A DNA stretch of 61,911 nt, from the NCBI GenBank assembly GCA_045585915.1, contig JAZMZJ010000086.1:1-61911 (forward strand), in the 5' to 3' direction. Of this stretch, positions 29,288 to 38,632 are shown piece after piece. The DNA comes from Faecousia sp. GTDB taxonomy: Bacteria; Bacillota; Clostridia; Oscillospirales; Oscillospiraceae. Below the pieces are notes generated by a model. It saw nothing but the letters and a program-made list of their open reading frames with translations, searched no databases and was not told the origin of the DNA. The position numbers and the translations under genes were made by a program. Position 1 is the stretch's first letter, and each line of letters begins with the position of its first letter.

Positions 29288-29313
29288 AGGCAGCGATGAA
29301 ATCGCTGCCTGCC
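29288..29313. repeat. 26-bp terminator-core direct repeat, copy 1
   Basis: AGGCAGCGATGAAATCGCTGCCTGCC, identical to 33601-33626. Confidence 0.85.
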
Positions 29314-29317
29314 ATTT

Positions 29318-30601
29318 TTATGTAGCGTAGTTTTGAATAATCTGCTGGGTGATCTGCAGGAATTTGCAGATATCTTCTTTGGTGTTGCAGTGCAGGGGAG
29401 ACAGGCGCACAGCACCTTGTAGACCAAAGGAGTCCAGCATTCGTTTGGAGTAAATACTGCTGGCCAGCCGGTCGTAAACAATGACATTGCGCTTTTCATA
29501 TTCCCGTACTGCTTCGGTATAGCCGATATTATCAAAAGCAATGGGCAGTATGAAATCCTTTTGGCTCAGGTCATCGCTATCCAGCAAAACGGTGACGCCT
29601 TTCATATGCCGCAGGCCCGGGATCTCATCCGTGCCTTCCAGCAGGGTATGCATCAAATATCTTTCCTGCAGCTTGATGCGGGTCATGCCTTCCACAAACA
29701 AGGCTCTGCGGTCGCCGGTGGTAAAATGGCTGCCCAGGCTGCATACATAATCGACGATGGCTGTGATGGCAGCGTATTGCGCAGGCGCAGGACTTCCCAA
29801 CTCCCACACATTGGCAGCCTTGCCGGAGAGCTTGTGGTGGGGGAGATGAGCCACCCTTTCGGATACGTAGCCGAAGCCGGAGCCGCGGTAGCCGAAAAAT
29901 TTATATGGCGCGAAATTGATGGCATCCACCGGGGTCTTTTCCAGGTCAATCACACCGTGGGGCGCGTGCTGCACGGCATCGCAGACAATGTAAATGTCCG
30001 GCTTTTTCTGCCGGGCCAATTTTACGATATTTTCTATATCGTAAATAGCACCGGTCATATTGGAGGCATACATCACGCTGAGCAGCGCGGTGTTTTCGTC
30101 AATAAGGGAGAGAATCTCTTCGGTGTCCACACCGCCGGTTTTAGGATTGCTGTTTGCCACCCGCAGCTGCCGCCCGGTCTTTTTGGCATAGTATTCCACC
30201 GCATCAAATGCGGAGGGGTGCTCCAAAACCGTGGTGACAAAATTATCACCCTGGGCAGTTTCTGCAATAGCACCTACCATCTGGAACATTACCTGCGATG
30301 CGGTAAGGGAGGAAATAATGCTGCCGCCTTCCGGGGCATTCAGAATCAGACGGATATCACTTTCGCCTTTGTTTTGAACATCTTGCAGAAAGCAGGCAAG
30401 CTTATGATTACGTTCCGGGCAATCCGGGATGCTGTCGATGCGCACGAAGGCATCCTCTACGGCTTTCAGGCGGAATGAGCCGCCTGCGTTGTCAAAGAAC
30501 AGCCGTTCGTTCCCCCAAATGTCATGGTTCAGATATAAAAAGGATGCGTTTACCTGCTCCATAACCTCCTGAGGCAACGGTAATCCTGTGGGATATTTCA
30601 T
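29318..30601 (-). CDS. PLP-dependent class V aminotransferase-fold enzyme
   Basis: FFDNAGG, LEHPS, CDAVQ, FAPYKFFG, AVRLS. Confidence 0.9.
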   Translation of the reverse strand: MKYPTGLPLPQEVMEQVNASFLYLNHDIWGNERLFFDNAGGSFRLKAVEDAFVRIDSIPDCPERNHKLACFLQDVQNKGESDIRLILNAPEGGSIISSLTASQVMFQMVGAIAETAQGDNFVTTVLEHPSAFDAVEYYAKKTGRQLRVANSNPKTGGVDTEEILSLIDENTALLSVMYASNMTGAIYDIENIVKLARQKKPDIYIVCDAVQHAPHGVIDLEKTPVDAINFAPYKFFGYRGSGFGYVSERVAHLPHHKLSGKAANVWELGSPAPAQYAAITAIVDYVCSLGSHFTTGDRRALFVEGMTRIKLQERYLMHTLLEGTDEIPGLRHMKGVTVLLDSDDLSQKDFILPIAFDNIGYTEAVREYEKRNVIVYDRLASSIYSKRMLDSFGLQGAVRLSPLHCNTKEDICKFLQITQQIIQNYAT

Positions 30602-30621
30602 AGGATTTCCTCCTTTATTTA

Positions 30622-31506
30622 TCAATAGTCTTTTGCCAGAAAATCATTCAGCCGGTCACTGGCGGTTTCCAGCATTTCACTCCATACAGAAGGGTCTGCA
30701 AAGGGATTTTCTGTAGTGTGCTGGCACATATACGCATATTTTTCCACTGTGCCATTATTGGCCGGATGGTTTCCTAAGGTGATGTCTACCTTTTCTTTGC
30801 GCAGCTTTTCAATGGTTTGTGCCATCCGCGCCGGCAAATCCAAGGGCAGACCGTATTCCTGCAGGTGCGGACGGTGCATGGTAAAGAATCCCATTCCGCC
30901 CCAGTAACCCACTTTTTTGGTCTCAACGCCGCAGGTAGCATCAAAAAAGAATGCCATAACGCCTTCCGTATGTCCCGGGGCGCTTATGCACCGGATATTA
31001 ACATTTCCAAGACGGATGGTGTCACCGTCAGTCAGAAGGATATCCGTTTCCGGGATAGGGGCATAGGGTTCGGGACCCAGCTGCATTAAGGCTGCTTCGG
31101 GATTTATGCGCAGGCGCTCTGCATCCTGCGCGCCCATTAAAATCTTACAGCCGTAAAGGGCTTTCAGGCGGCAGCTGCAGCCGAAATGATCGAAATGACC
31201 GTGGGAGTGGATAATATATTTGATATTCTCCGGCGCAAAGCCAAGGGCTTTTATATTACTTAGAAGAATGTGCATGGTATGGGCATAGCCGCTATCGATA
31301 AGGATCAGACCCTCACCGGTATCGAGCAGATGACAGCATACCTTTTTGTCACCAACATAGTAAAGATTTCCAAATATCCGGAAAGGGGGCAATGCGTATT
31401 TTTCCGGATATTTGTAATAATCCATCAGGTTGGGAACAAAATTTGCCAGCATTTCGCTGTAGGGCTTTATAGGGGGGAAATATACGCCAAGGCTCACAGC
31501 ATTCAC
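30622..31506 (-). CDS. metallo-beta-lactamase-fold hydrolase (subclass B3-like)
   Basis: PFRIFGNLYYVG, HSHGHFDH, PGHTEG. Confidence 0.88.
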   Translation of the reverse strand: MNAVSLGVYFPPIKPYSEMLANFVPNLMDYYKYPEKYALPPFRIFGNLYYVGDKKVCCHLLDTGEGLILIDSGYAHTMHILLSNIKALGFAPENIKYIIHSHGHFDHFGCSCRLKALYGCKILMGAQDAERLRINPEAALMQLGPEPYAPIPETDILLTDGDTIRLGNVNIRCISAPGHTEGVMAFFFDATCGVETKKVGYWGGMGFFTMHRPHLQEYGLPLDLPARMAQTIEKLRKEKVDITLGNHPANNGTVEKYAYMCQHTTENPFADPSVWSEMLETASDRLNDFLAKDY

Positions 31507-31519
31507 CCTTTCTGCAATA

Positions 31520-32578
31520 TTAGATCTTTACAAATTCCTGAAGGTTTTCATGTTCGAATACCATTTTTTCCTGCAGGGGCACCAGCTTGCCTGCATTTGC
31601 CTTTTCGGCGCATTGGAACATATCATAGGCAATGGCTACATCCACATAGGAAAGACCGGCTGCAGAGAAGACGATGAACTCGTCTTCACTTTCCCGGGCA
31701 GGACGGCTGCCATCGAGAATTTCCACCAGGTTGCCGCTGATGTCATCATCGGTGATGAGGCCTGCCTTGTAAACGCGGGTAATGGTGGAAAGACGGTGCT
31801 TGACCACACTCCAGTCGTCACATACCAGCTTATCAGCCATTTGGATTACCTCATAATCACATTCATAGCCGCCTACATGGCTGTAGAATGCGCCCTTTTT
31901 GATCCATTCCGGCTTCAGCAGGGGCGCCTGGGCGCTGGTTGCTGTTACGATGATGTCAGAATCCCGGATGGCATTTTCCAAAACCGTATTGCAGGCAATG
32001 AACTCCATGTCCGGCAGCAGCGGCTGCAGGCTTTCCACAAAGCCCTTTTCATCCTCTGCGGTCTTTGCGGCAACCCGGCACACCTTAAGGCCGGGGCGTA
32101 CTGCTTTCATACCCAGCAGGTGCATTTTGGCCTGTTCGCCGGCGCCGATAAAGCCGATGCTCTCGGCATCCTTTCTGGCGAGCTTCTCTGCGGCCAGCGC
32201 ACCGATGGCAGCAACCCGCATATTGGAGCAAAGAGTGCCGTCCATAACGCAAACAGGGTAACCGTTTTCGATGCTGGACAAAGTGATGATGGCAGACAAA
32301 TTCTGTGTGCCAAAACGGGCAGGATTGGGAGGAAACACAGATACCCACTTTACACCGCAAATCTTTTCCGGCAGCAAGGTGGCGGGCAGACAGTTGATTC
32401 GCTCGTTGGTTTCCTCGTTAAAGGTCTGGACGATCTTTTCCGGGAACAGGATTTCTCCATCACGGAATTGGAGCAGGCTGCGTCTGGTGGCATTCAGGGC
32501 AAGGGGCATACTGAAAGCACCGCTCTTAATCAGATCCTCCTGGGATAGATTGCGATATAAAATGGCATGTTTGTGCAT
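31520..32578 (-). CDS. ornithine cyclodeaminase/mu-crystallin family protein
   Basis: GVKWVSVFPPNP, FIGAGEQA, SDIIVTAT, GLSYVDVA. Confidence 0.9.
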   Translation of the reverse strand: MHKHAILYRNLSQEDLIKSGAFSMPLALNATRRSLLQFRDGEILFPEKIVQTFNEETNERINCLPATLLPEKICGVKWVSVFPPNPARFGTQNLSAIITLSSIENGYPVCVMDGTLCSNMRVAAIGALAAEKLARKDAESIGFIGAGEQAKMHLLGMKAVRPGLKVCRVAAKTAEDEKGFVESLQPLLPDMEFIACNTVLENAIRDSDIIVTATSAQAPLLKPEWIKKGAFYSHVGGYECDYEVIQMADKLVCDDWSVVKHRLSTITRVYKAGLITDDDISGNLVEILDGSRPARESEDEFIVFSAAGLSYVDVAIAYDMFQCAEKANAGKLVPLQEKMVFEHENLQEFVKI

Positions 32579-32689
32579 AAGTAAACTCTCCTTTTTAATA
32601 ATAGGGTATTCTGCTTTTATTATATAAAGGTCGCCGGGGGTTGTAAAATAGGTTATTTTATGATATCCTATAAAAAAAGCTTATAGGAT

Positions 32690-33592
32690 GTGCAAAAAAT
32701 GAATCAGGAAGAACTGCTGGCTTTTTTAATGATCGTAAACTGCAAAAGCTTTTCCTTGGCGGCGGAAAAGCTGTATATTTCCCAGCCTACCTTAAGTAAC
32801 CGCTTGCGTTCTTTGGAAGAAAAGCTGGGCTATCCGCTGATCAACAGAAAAAAAGGCGGCCATTATCTGACTCTGACGGATGCCGGAAAAAACTTTATTC
32901 CCATTGCCAGAAAGACGCAGCAGCTTTGGATGGATGCCCAGGCCATTCCGGAGCAATTAAACCGGAATGTGTTGCGGGTAATGGCGGTGAACAGTATCGC
33001 AACCTACATTCTGCCCAATGTGACCCGGGCTTATTTGCAGCAAAATGATGTTTGCGCGCTGCGGGTGCTTACCTGTCACTCAGAGGAAGGCTATCAGGCA
33101 GTGGAAACGGGTGCAGCAGATCTTGCCATTATCAGTCCGGAACTATACGGCGGTCTGGTAGAAACTGCGCCTGCCTATCGCACGAAAATGGTGTGCGTGT
33201 CCGGTAAGCGCAGCGGTCTGCCGGAGGTGGTGGATACAGGCTCTTTGATACCGGAAAATGAAATTCAGGTACCTTGGTTCCCGGATTACGATAATTGGCG
33301 CAGAAATACCGTTTCACTTCCGCCCTGCTCCAATATTTTGGTAGGAACGATGAGCGTTATGGAAAGCTTGATTGATGCTGATCGCTGGTGTCTGATGCCG
33401 GCGGCCATCGCCGGGAGGCTCAGCCGAAGGGATGTTATCATCAGCCAGATTGCTGACCCACCTCCGGATCAACAAGTGTTTTACCTGAAGCGGCGGGGGG
33501 ATATGACCGATTCTATGAGTATATTCCTGCGCTGCTTGCATGAGGAGCTTACAACACTTTCCGGAACGGAATCTTACTTACGGAATCTATAA
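32690..33592 (+). CDS. LysR family transcriptional regulator
   Basis: SFSLAAEKLYISQPTLSNRLRSLEEKLG; divergent from the cassette. Confidence 0.93.
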   Translation: MQKMNQEELLAFLMIVNCKSFSLAAEKLYISQPTLSNRLRSLEEKLGYPLINRKKGGHYLTLTDAGKNFIPIARKTQQLWMDAQAIPEQLNRNVLRVMAVNSIATYILPNVTRAYLQQNDVCALRVLTCHSEEGYQAVETGAADLAIISPELYGGLVETAPAYRTKMVCVSGKRSGLPEVVDTGSLIPENEIQVPWFPDYDNWRRNTVSLPPCSNILVGTMSVMESLIDADRWCLMPAAIAGRLSRRDVIISQIADPPPDQQVFYLKRRGDMTDSMSIFLRCLHEELTTLSGTESYLRNL

Positions 33593-33600
33593 AAAACGGA

Positions 33601-33626
33601 AGGCAGCGATGAAATCGCTGCCTGCC
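33601..33626. repeat. 26-bp terminator-core direct repeat, copy 2
   Basis: Identical to 29288-29313; hairpin between convergent genes. Confidence 0.85.
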
Positions 33627-33631
33627 GTTAT

Positions 33632-33904
33632 TTATTTGTTTAGCTGCTTTTTATAGCCTGTGCCGTTTTGCAGGCTCCGGGAGACCCGGCTTAGCGTGGC
33701 AGAAGAAATGCTGGACTGGCTCACTACCTCGTTATAGGTCTTGCCTTCCAAAAGGAGCTTGGCGGCAAAGATCCGCTCTGCCATGTTTTCTACTTCTTTT
33801 TGGGTGCAAAGGTCTTCCAAAAGGGCGCGCATATCCTTGGGATCTTCCACCTGGGCTAAAATTGCGCAAAGGTCAGCGATCTTCTGCTTTTGGGTAGTAG
33901 CCAT
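33632..33904 (-). CDS. YerC/YecD (TrpR-like) protein
   Basis: LEDLCT..E..NMAER, TYNEV...SSATLSRVSRSL..GTGY. Confidence 0.88.
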   Translation of the reverse strand: MATTQKQKIADLCAILAQVEDPKDMRALLEDLCTQKEVENMAERIFAAKLLLEGKTYNEVVSQSSISSATLSRVSRSLQNGTGYKKQLNK

Positions 33905-33915
33905 GGTTCATCCTC

Positions 33916-34662
33916 CTAAAACGGCTCTTCCGTACCTTTCAGGAAAGCCTTGGTTTTTTCGCTTTTGGGGTTATTGAACACCTCTTCCGGCGTGCCCATT
34001 TCTTCAATGACCCCATCTGCCATATATATTACCACATCTGCCACCGATTTTGCAAACTCCATTTCATGAGTTACCACGATCATGGTGATTTTTTTTGATT
34101 TTAGCCCCCTTATTACCCGTAAAACCTCTGCGGTAAGCTCCGGGTCCAGGGCGCTGGTGGGCTCATCAAAACACAGGACCTTGGGCTGCAGAGCCAGAGC
34201 CCGGGCAATGGCAACCCGCTGCTGCTGACCACCGGATAGCTCACAGGGATAGGCGTTGAGCTTTTGGGACAAGCCCACCTGCTCTAAAAGCGCCAGGGCC
34301 TTTTCCTGGTTGGCCTGCTTTTGCTTGGGTTGCAGCAGGTCGGGGGCAAGGGTCACATTTTTCAACACCGTATACTGAGGAAACAGGTTGAAGTTCTGAA
34401 AAACCAGACCAAAATTCAGCCGGTTTTCCCGAATTTGTGCTTCGCTCAGGGGCGCGCCTGCCAAAAGGGAGCGGCCTTCTACCAAAATGTCACCGGCATC
34501 CGGCGTTTCCAAAAAGTTCAGGCAACGTAAAAGTGTTGTTTTGCCGCTGCCGGAAGAGCCAATGATGGCCAGCACCTGTCCTTCTTCCAGCGAAAAGCTG
34601 ACACCCTTCAGCACAGGGGTCTTGCCATAGCTCTTTTTCAGTTCTTTTACGTCCAATAACAT
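33916..34662 (-). CDS. polar amino acid ABC transporter ATP-binding protein
   Basis: GSSGSGKT, LSGGQQQRV, FDEPTSALDPE. Confidence 0.95.
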   Translation of the reverse strand: MLLDVKELKKSYGKTPVLKGVSFSLEEGQVLAIIGSSGSGKTTLLRCLNFLETPDAGDILVEGRSLLAGAPLSEAQIRENRLNFGLVFQNFNLFPQYTVLKNVTLAPDLLQPKQKQANQEKALALLEQVGLSQKLNAYPCELSGGQQQRVAIARALALQPKVLCFDEPTSALDPELTAEVLRVIRGLKSKKITMIVVTHEMEFAKSVADVVIYMADGVIEEMGTPEEVFNNPKSEKTKAFLKGTEEPF

Positions 34663-34665
34663 AGC

Positions 34666-35313
34666 TTAACCTCTGAAATACTGCAGTTTCTTTTCCAGCT
34701 TGCCAAAGATAATGGTCAGCAGGCCGTTGAAAATCAGGTAAAAAGCGCCGGTGTAAAACAGCGGCCAGATAAGCCCTGCCTTAATAAAGGATTCTCCTGC
34801 CCAAATAACCTCGTAAATGGAGATAATACGGGCAAGGGCAGTGTCCTTGACCAGGGTGATAATTTCGTTGCTCATAGGGGGCAGAATGTGCTTTACCACC
34901 TGCAGCGCCTTAATCCGGAAAAAGATTTGGCTCCGGGTCATGCCCAGCACTTGCCCGGCCTCCGTCTGCCCTTGGGGAATCGCCTCGATGCCGCCCCGGT
35001 AAATTTCTGAAAAATAGCAGGCATAGTTAATGGAAAAGGCCACAATCACCGCGTTGAATCTGCCAATGGAGGGCAAACCGAACAGCAGTCCTGGCCCATA
35101 AAAGGCCAGGATCAGCTGCAGCATCAGGGGTGTTCCCCGGATAATCCATATAAAGGTGCGTACCGGAAGGCGAATCAGGGAAAGTTTGCTCATAGAGCCA
35201 AAGCATACCACCAGACCCAGGGGAATGGAGATGACCAGGGTAAGAATAAATACCCGTAAGGTCTCCCCAAAGCCCCGGAGCAGGGTTAGGGTAACTTCCC
35301 AAAAGATATACAT
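34666..35313 (-). CDS. polar amino acid ABC transporter permease
   Basis: RGTPLMLQL, SEIYRGGIEAIP.GQ.EA, LVKDTAL. Confidence 0.95.
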   Translation of the reverse strand: MYIFWEVTLTLLRGFGETLRVFILTLVISIPLGLVVCFGSMSKLSLIRLPVRTFIWIIRGTPLMLQLILAFYGPGLLFGLPSIGRFNAVIVAFSINYACYFSEIYRGGIEAIPQGQTEAGQVLGMTRSQIFFRIKALQVVKHILPPMSNEIITLVKDTALARIISIYEVIWAGESFIKAGLIWPLFYTGAFYLIFNGLLTIIFGKLEKKLQYFRG

Positions 35314-35314
35314 A

Positions 35315-36097
35315 TTATTGGGCCTCTACCAAAGCAACGTTGTATTTTTCGGCAAGGGCTGCCAGACTGCCGTCAGCCATGTATTGGGCCATCAGTTCGT
35401 TGACCTTGGCGGTGATGTCGGAATCCTTGCGGAAGGCGATGCCGTAGTATTCGCTGGTCAGTTCCATAGCGATTGCCAGGTCAGCAAAGTCACTGCCTTC
35501 TTTGATCATGGCCCGGGCCATAGTGATGTCGATAACGCAGGCATCAGAGGTGCCGGCCTTAACCTCCAGCAGGGCGGCAGCCTGGTCGCCCATTTCCTGA
35601 TAGCCGGTAATGCCGGCAGCAGCCAGTGCCTTTTCGCCGGCAGATTCGTTTTCAACAGCAATGGTGATGTTCTGCAGATCCTCAGGCTTGGTGTAGCTTG
35701 CAGCCTTGTCAGCCTTCATAACCACAACCTGTGCGTTAATAACATAGGGGTCAGATACGCTGGCGTTGGCTTTTGCTTCGTCGGTGATGGTCATACCGTT
35801 CCACACAGCGTCAATTTCCTTGAGCTGCAGTTCGGTGAACTTCTTGCCCCAGTCGATAATTACAAACTCAGCTTCCACGCCCAGGTCCTCGGCTACCATC
35901 TGTGCAAACTCAGCGTCAAAGCCGGTCCAGTTGCCGTTCTCGTCCTGATAGTCCATCGGTTCATAAATGGTAACGCCAACTACCAGCTTGCCTTTTTCCT
36001 GAACATAGGCAAGGTCGGAGGTGTTTTGCTGGCCGCAGCCGGCAAAAACGGACAGGATTACAATCAGGGTCAGGGCTAATGCAAATAACTTTTTCAT
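35315..36097 (-). CDS. amino acid ABC transporter substrate-binding lipoprotein
   Basis: MKKLFAL...FAGC lipobox; GFDAEFA, EYYGIAFRK. Confidence 0.93.
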   Translation of the reverse strand: MKKLFALALTLIVILSVFAGCGQQNTSDLAYVQEKGKLVVGVTIYEPMDYQDENGNWTGFDAEFAQMVAEDLGVEAEFVIIDWGKKFTELQLKEIDAVWNGMTITDEAKANASVSDPYVINAQVVVMKADKAASYTKPEDLQNITIAVENESAGEKALAAAGITGYQEMGDQAAALLEVKAGTSDACVIDITMARAMIKEGSDFADLAIAMELTSEYYGIAFRKDSDITAKVNELMAQYMADGSLAALAEKYNVALVEAQ

Positions 36098-36381
36098 AAT
36101 GGGTCTTCCTTTCTTTTGGGGTGGGGGAATGGTCTTGCCCCACCGATTTGTTTTGATAACCGCATTATACTTCATCACTTTAGCGTAGTAAAGCATTATT
36201 TTTACTTTTTTACCATCTTTGTAGCCTTGCACAAAAAATAAAGGCGCTTTATCACTTTATCGCACTAAAGTGACGAAAACACACAGCCCCGTCGTACCCA
36301 AACCGTTTATCATTCAGCATTCAGAAGGCATCCCTTGGCTTTTTTGCTTGCAATGCAGCGGAAAACAGAGTATCATAATAA

Positions 36382-36660
36382 TAGGCAGAGAGGACTCGAA
36401 CTCAAGTAGCCTCTCAGCAGCCCTATTTGCCGCTTTTTGCCTTATCTTCCTTGCCTTGCGCCAGCAAGGCGGCGTCATCTGCGCCAAAAATCTATCAAAT
36501 ATTACTTGCTGAGAGGTGCTTGGCAGTTTTCAGCCACTCGCATTTTCCAAGACGAAGAAAATTACGCAGACAATACTTTGTGTATTATCAAGGGATTTTC
36601 TGATGTATTGGGGAATGCTGACGCCTGAAAACCTGCTTGGGTTCAAGTCCTCTCTGCCTA
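36382..36660. mobile_element. MITE-like element with ~28-bp imperfect terminal inverted repeats
   Basis: TAGGCAGAGAGGACTCGAACTCAAGTAG ... CTGCTTGGGTTCAAGTCCTCTCTGCCTA; TA at both ends; internal CCTCTCAGCA/TGCTGAGAGG stem; no transposase. Confidence 0.65.
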
Positions 36661-36673
36661 ATGAGGTGAGTTC

Positions 36674-38632
36674 ATGGATATATTGGAAGCCAGAGAGGAA
36701 TATCTGCACGCCCTGCGGGCGGGCCAGAAGGACTACCGGGAGCTTACTGCCCGGGGTCAGGAGCCCTATCCGTTGGTGCTGGATGAGCTGATTGACGAGC
36801 GCCACACTGATGGCGTGCAGGAGATTGGCACGGTGGAAATCCCAGCCGAACGGATCGTTGGCGTAAAATCTTCCGGGCGGATTTTTGCCTTCACCCGGAA
36901 TTTCCTGCCTTTGCTGGATGAGGAAACGGAATTTGCCCATAAGTGGATAAATCTGTGCGCTGCCCACCTTTCTGATGAGGGCATACGGGAACCGGCACTT
37001 TGCTATGAGTATCTGGGAAATTTTTATGTGCAGGAGGGCAATAAAAGGGTCAGCGTGCTGCGATATTTTGATGCCCCCAAAATTCCCAGCATTGTACGCC
37101 GGATGCTTCCTAAGCCCAGCCAGGAACCCAGAATCCTGGCATACTATGAATTTTTGGACTTTTATAAGGTTACCGGCAGCTATGATGTGCTGTTCCGGCA
37201 GCCAGGTGACTATGCTAAGCTACTGTCCTTTTTGGGCAAGAACCCCAAGGAGTCCTGGTCTGACCGGGAAAAGCGCACCTTCAGTGCCTATTTCCGCTAT
37301 TTCCGGGATGCATTTTCCGCAGTAAAAGGGGAAACGCTTGACCTGCTGCCGGAGGAGGCGCTGCTGCTGTGGCTGCGTGTATATCCCTTTCAGGATTTGG
37401 GCAACCTCTCCAGTGACGAGCTGAAAAAGACCGTTGCCGGCCTGTGGGAGGATATGGTGTCCATCTCTCAGGAGGAGGCGGTGCAGGTGCAAACTGAGCC
37501 GGAGGCCGACCAAACGCCCAACCTTTTAACCAAGCTGATTTCCGGCACTCCGGATAGGGTGCATGTGGCGTTTATCTATCAGCGGGGGTTGCATACCAGC
37601 CCCTGGAACATTGGCCACGCCGAGGGCGCCAGGCACTTGGAGGAGGTGTTTGGCCAACGGGTGACTGTCAGCAGCTATTATAACGCCGATACGCCGGAGC
37701 AGGCGGAGGCGCTGCTGGACAGGGCAGTGGAGGATGGCGCTCAGGTAGTGTTCACCACCACACCCCAGCTTAGCCGCCCCACCTTAAAGGCGGCGGTGAA
37801 GCATCCCCGGGTGCGTTTTCTCAACTGTTCGGTGGACGCCCCCTATTCCAGCGTCCGCACCTATTATAGCCGGGTGTATGAGGGTAAGTTCATCACCGGT
37901 GCCATTGCCGGCGCTATGGCCGATAATGATGAGATTGGCTATGTGGGCAGCTACCCCATTTTTGGTGTGCCTGCTTCTATCAATGCCTTTGCATTAGGCG
38001 CTCAGCTGACCAATCCCCGGGCAAAGGTGTTTCTGCGGTGGTCCTGTGAGGAAACCGATCCGGTGGGCGAGCTGACCCGACAGGGTATCCGGGTGATTTC
38101 CAACCGGGATGTGCCCACCGCCAACGGTAATTACCTGGAATTTGGTAACTACGGCACTTATTTTATTCAGGATGACGGCAGCTTGTTGCCTCTGGGCTCT
38201 CCTGTGTGGATGTGGGGCAGGCTCTATGAGCATGTGGTGCGCTCTGTGCTCCAGGGCACCTGGAATCAGGGCAAGAACGTTACCCGGGCGGTGAACTACT
38301 GGTGGGGGATGGACAGCGGCGTGATTGATGTGCAGCTTGCGGAGCATTTGCCCCAGGGTCTTCACACCTTGGCAGACCAGCTGCGTAAGAACCTGCAAAA
38401 CGGCACATTGAATCCCTTTGACCGACCCATTTACGATAATACCGGTATATTGCGGAATCCCGATGGCAGGGCCTTTACTCCGCAGCAGCTTTTGCATATG
38501 GATTGGCTTTGCGACAATGTAATTGGTCAGATTCCGCCTTTTGAGCGCATCCTGCCCTATTCCCAGGCAATGGTCCGGGAGCTGGGTGTATACCGGGATG
38601 CCATTGCACCGGAAAAGGAGGGCAGCCTGTGA
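36674..38632 (+). CDS. ParB/Srx-like N-terminal domain fused to BMP-family ligand-binding domain
   Basis: FYVQEGNKRVSV (ParB-like); BMP motifs YEGKFITGAIAG, INAFALGA, YWWGMDSG; no signal peptide. Confidence 0.8.
   Translation: MDILEAREEYLHALRAGQKDYRELTARGQEPYPLVLDELIDERHTDGVQEIGTVEIPAERIVGVKSSGRIFAFTRNFLPLLDEETEFAHKWINLCAAHLSDEGIREPALCYEYLGNFYVQEGNKRVSVLRYFDAPKIPSIVRRMLPKPSQEPRILAYYEFLDFYKVTGSYDVLFRQPGDYAKLLSFLGKNPKESWSDREKRTFSAYFRYFRDAFSAVKGETLDLLPEEALLLWLRVYPFQDLGNLSSDELKKTVAGLWEDMVSISQEEAVQVQTEPEADQTPNLLTKLISGTPDRVHVAFIYQRGLHTSPWNIGHAEGARHLEEVFGQRVTVSSYYNADTPEQAEALLDRAVEDGAQVVFTTTPQLSRPTLKAAVKHPRVRFLNCSVDAPYSSVRTYYSRVYEGKFITGAIAGAMADNDEIGYVGSYPIFGVPASINAFALGAQLTNPRAKVFLRWSCEETDPVGELTRQGIRVISNRDVPTANGNYLEFGNYGTYFIQDDGSLLPLGSPVWMWGRLYEHVVRSVLQGTWNQGKNVTRAVNYWWGMDSGVIDVQLAEHLPQGLHTLADQLRKNLQNGTLNPFDRPIYDNTGILRNPDGRAFTPQQLLHMDWLCDNVIGQIPPFERILPYSQAMVRELGVYRDAIAPEKEGSL

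Noticed and set aside
30622-31506. Bona fide beta-lactam resistance gene
   Set aside because: No signal peptide and embedded in a metabolic operon; the fold alone does not establish resistance
36155-36215. ArgR boxes upstream of the amino acid ABC operon
   Set aside because: AT-rich half-matches only; cannot be supported without a weight-matrix scan
36633-36660. GGGTTCAAGTCC as part of a tRNA gene
   Set aside because: No D-arm or anticodon arm and no CCA end; it is one arm of a terminal inverted repeat
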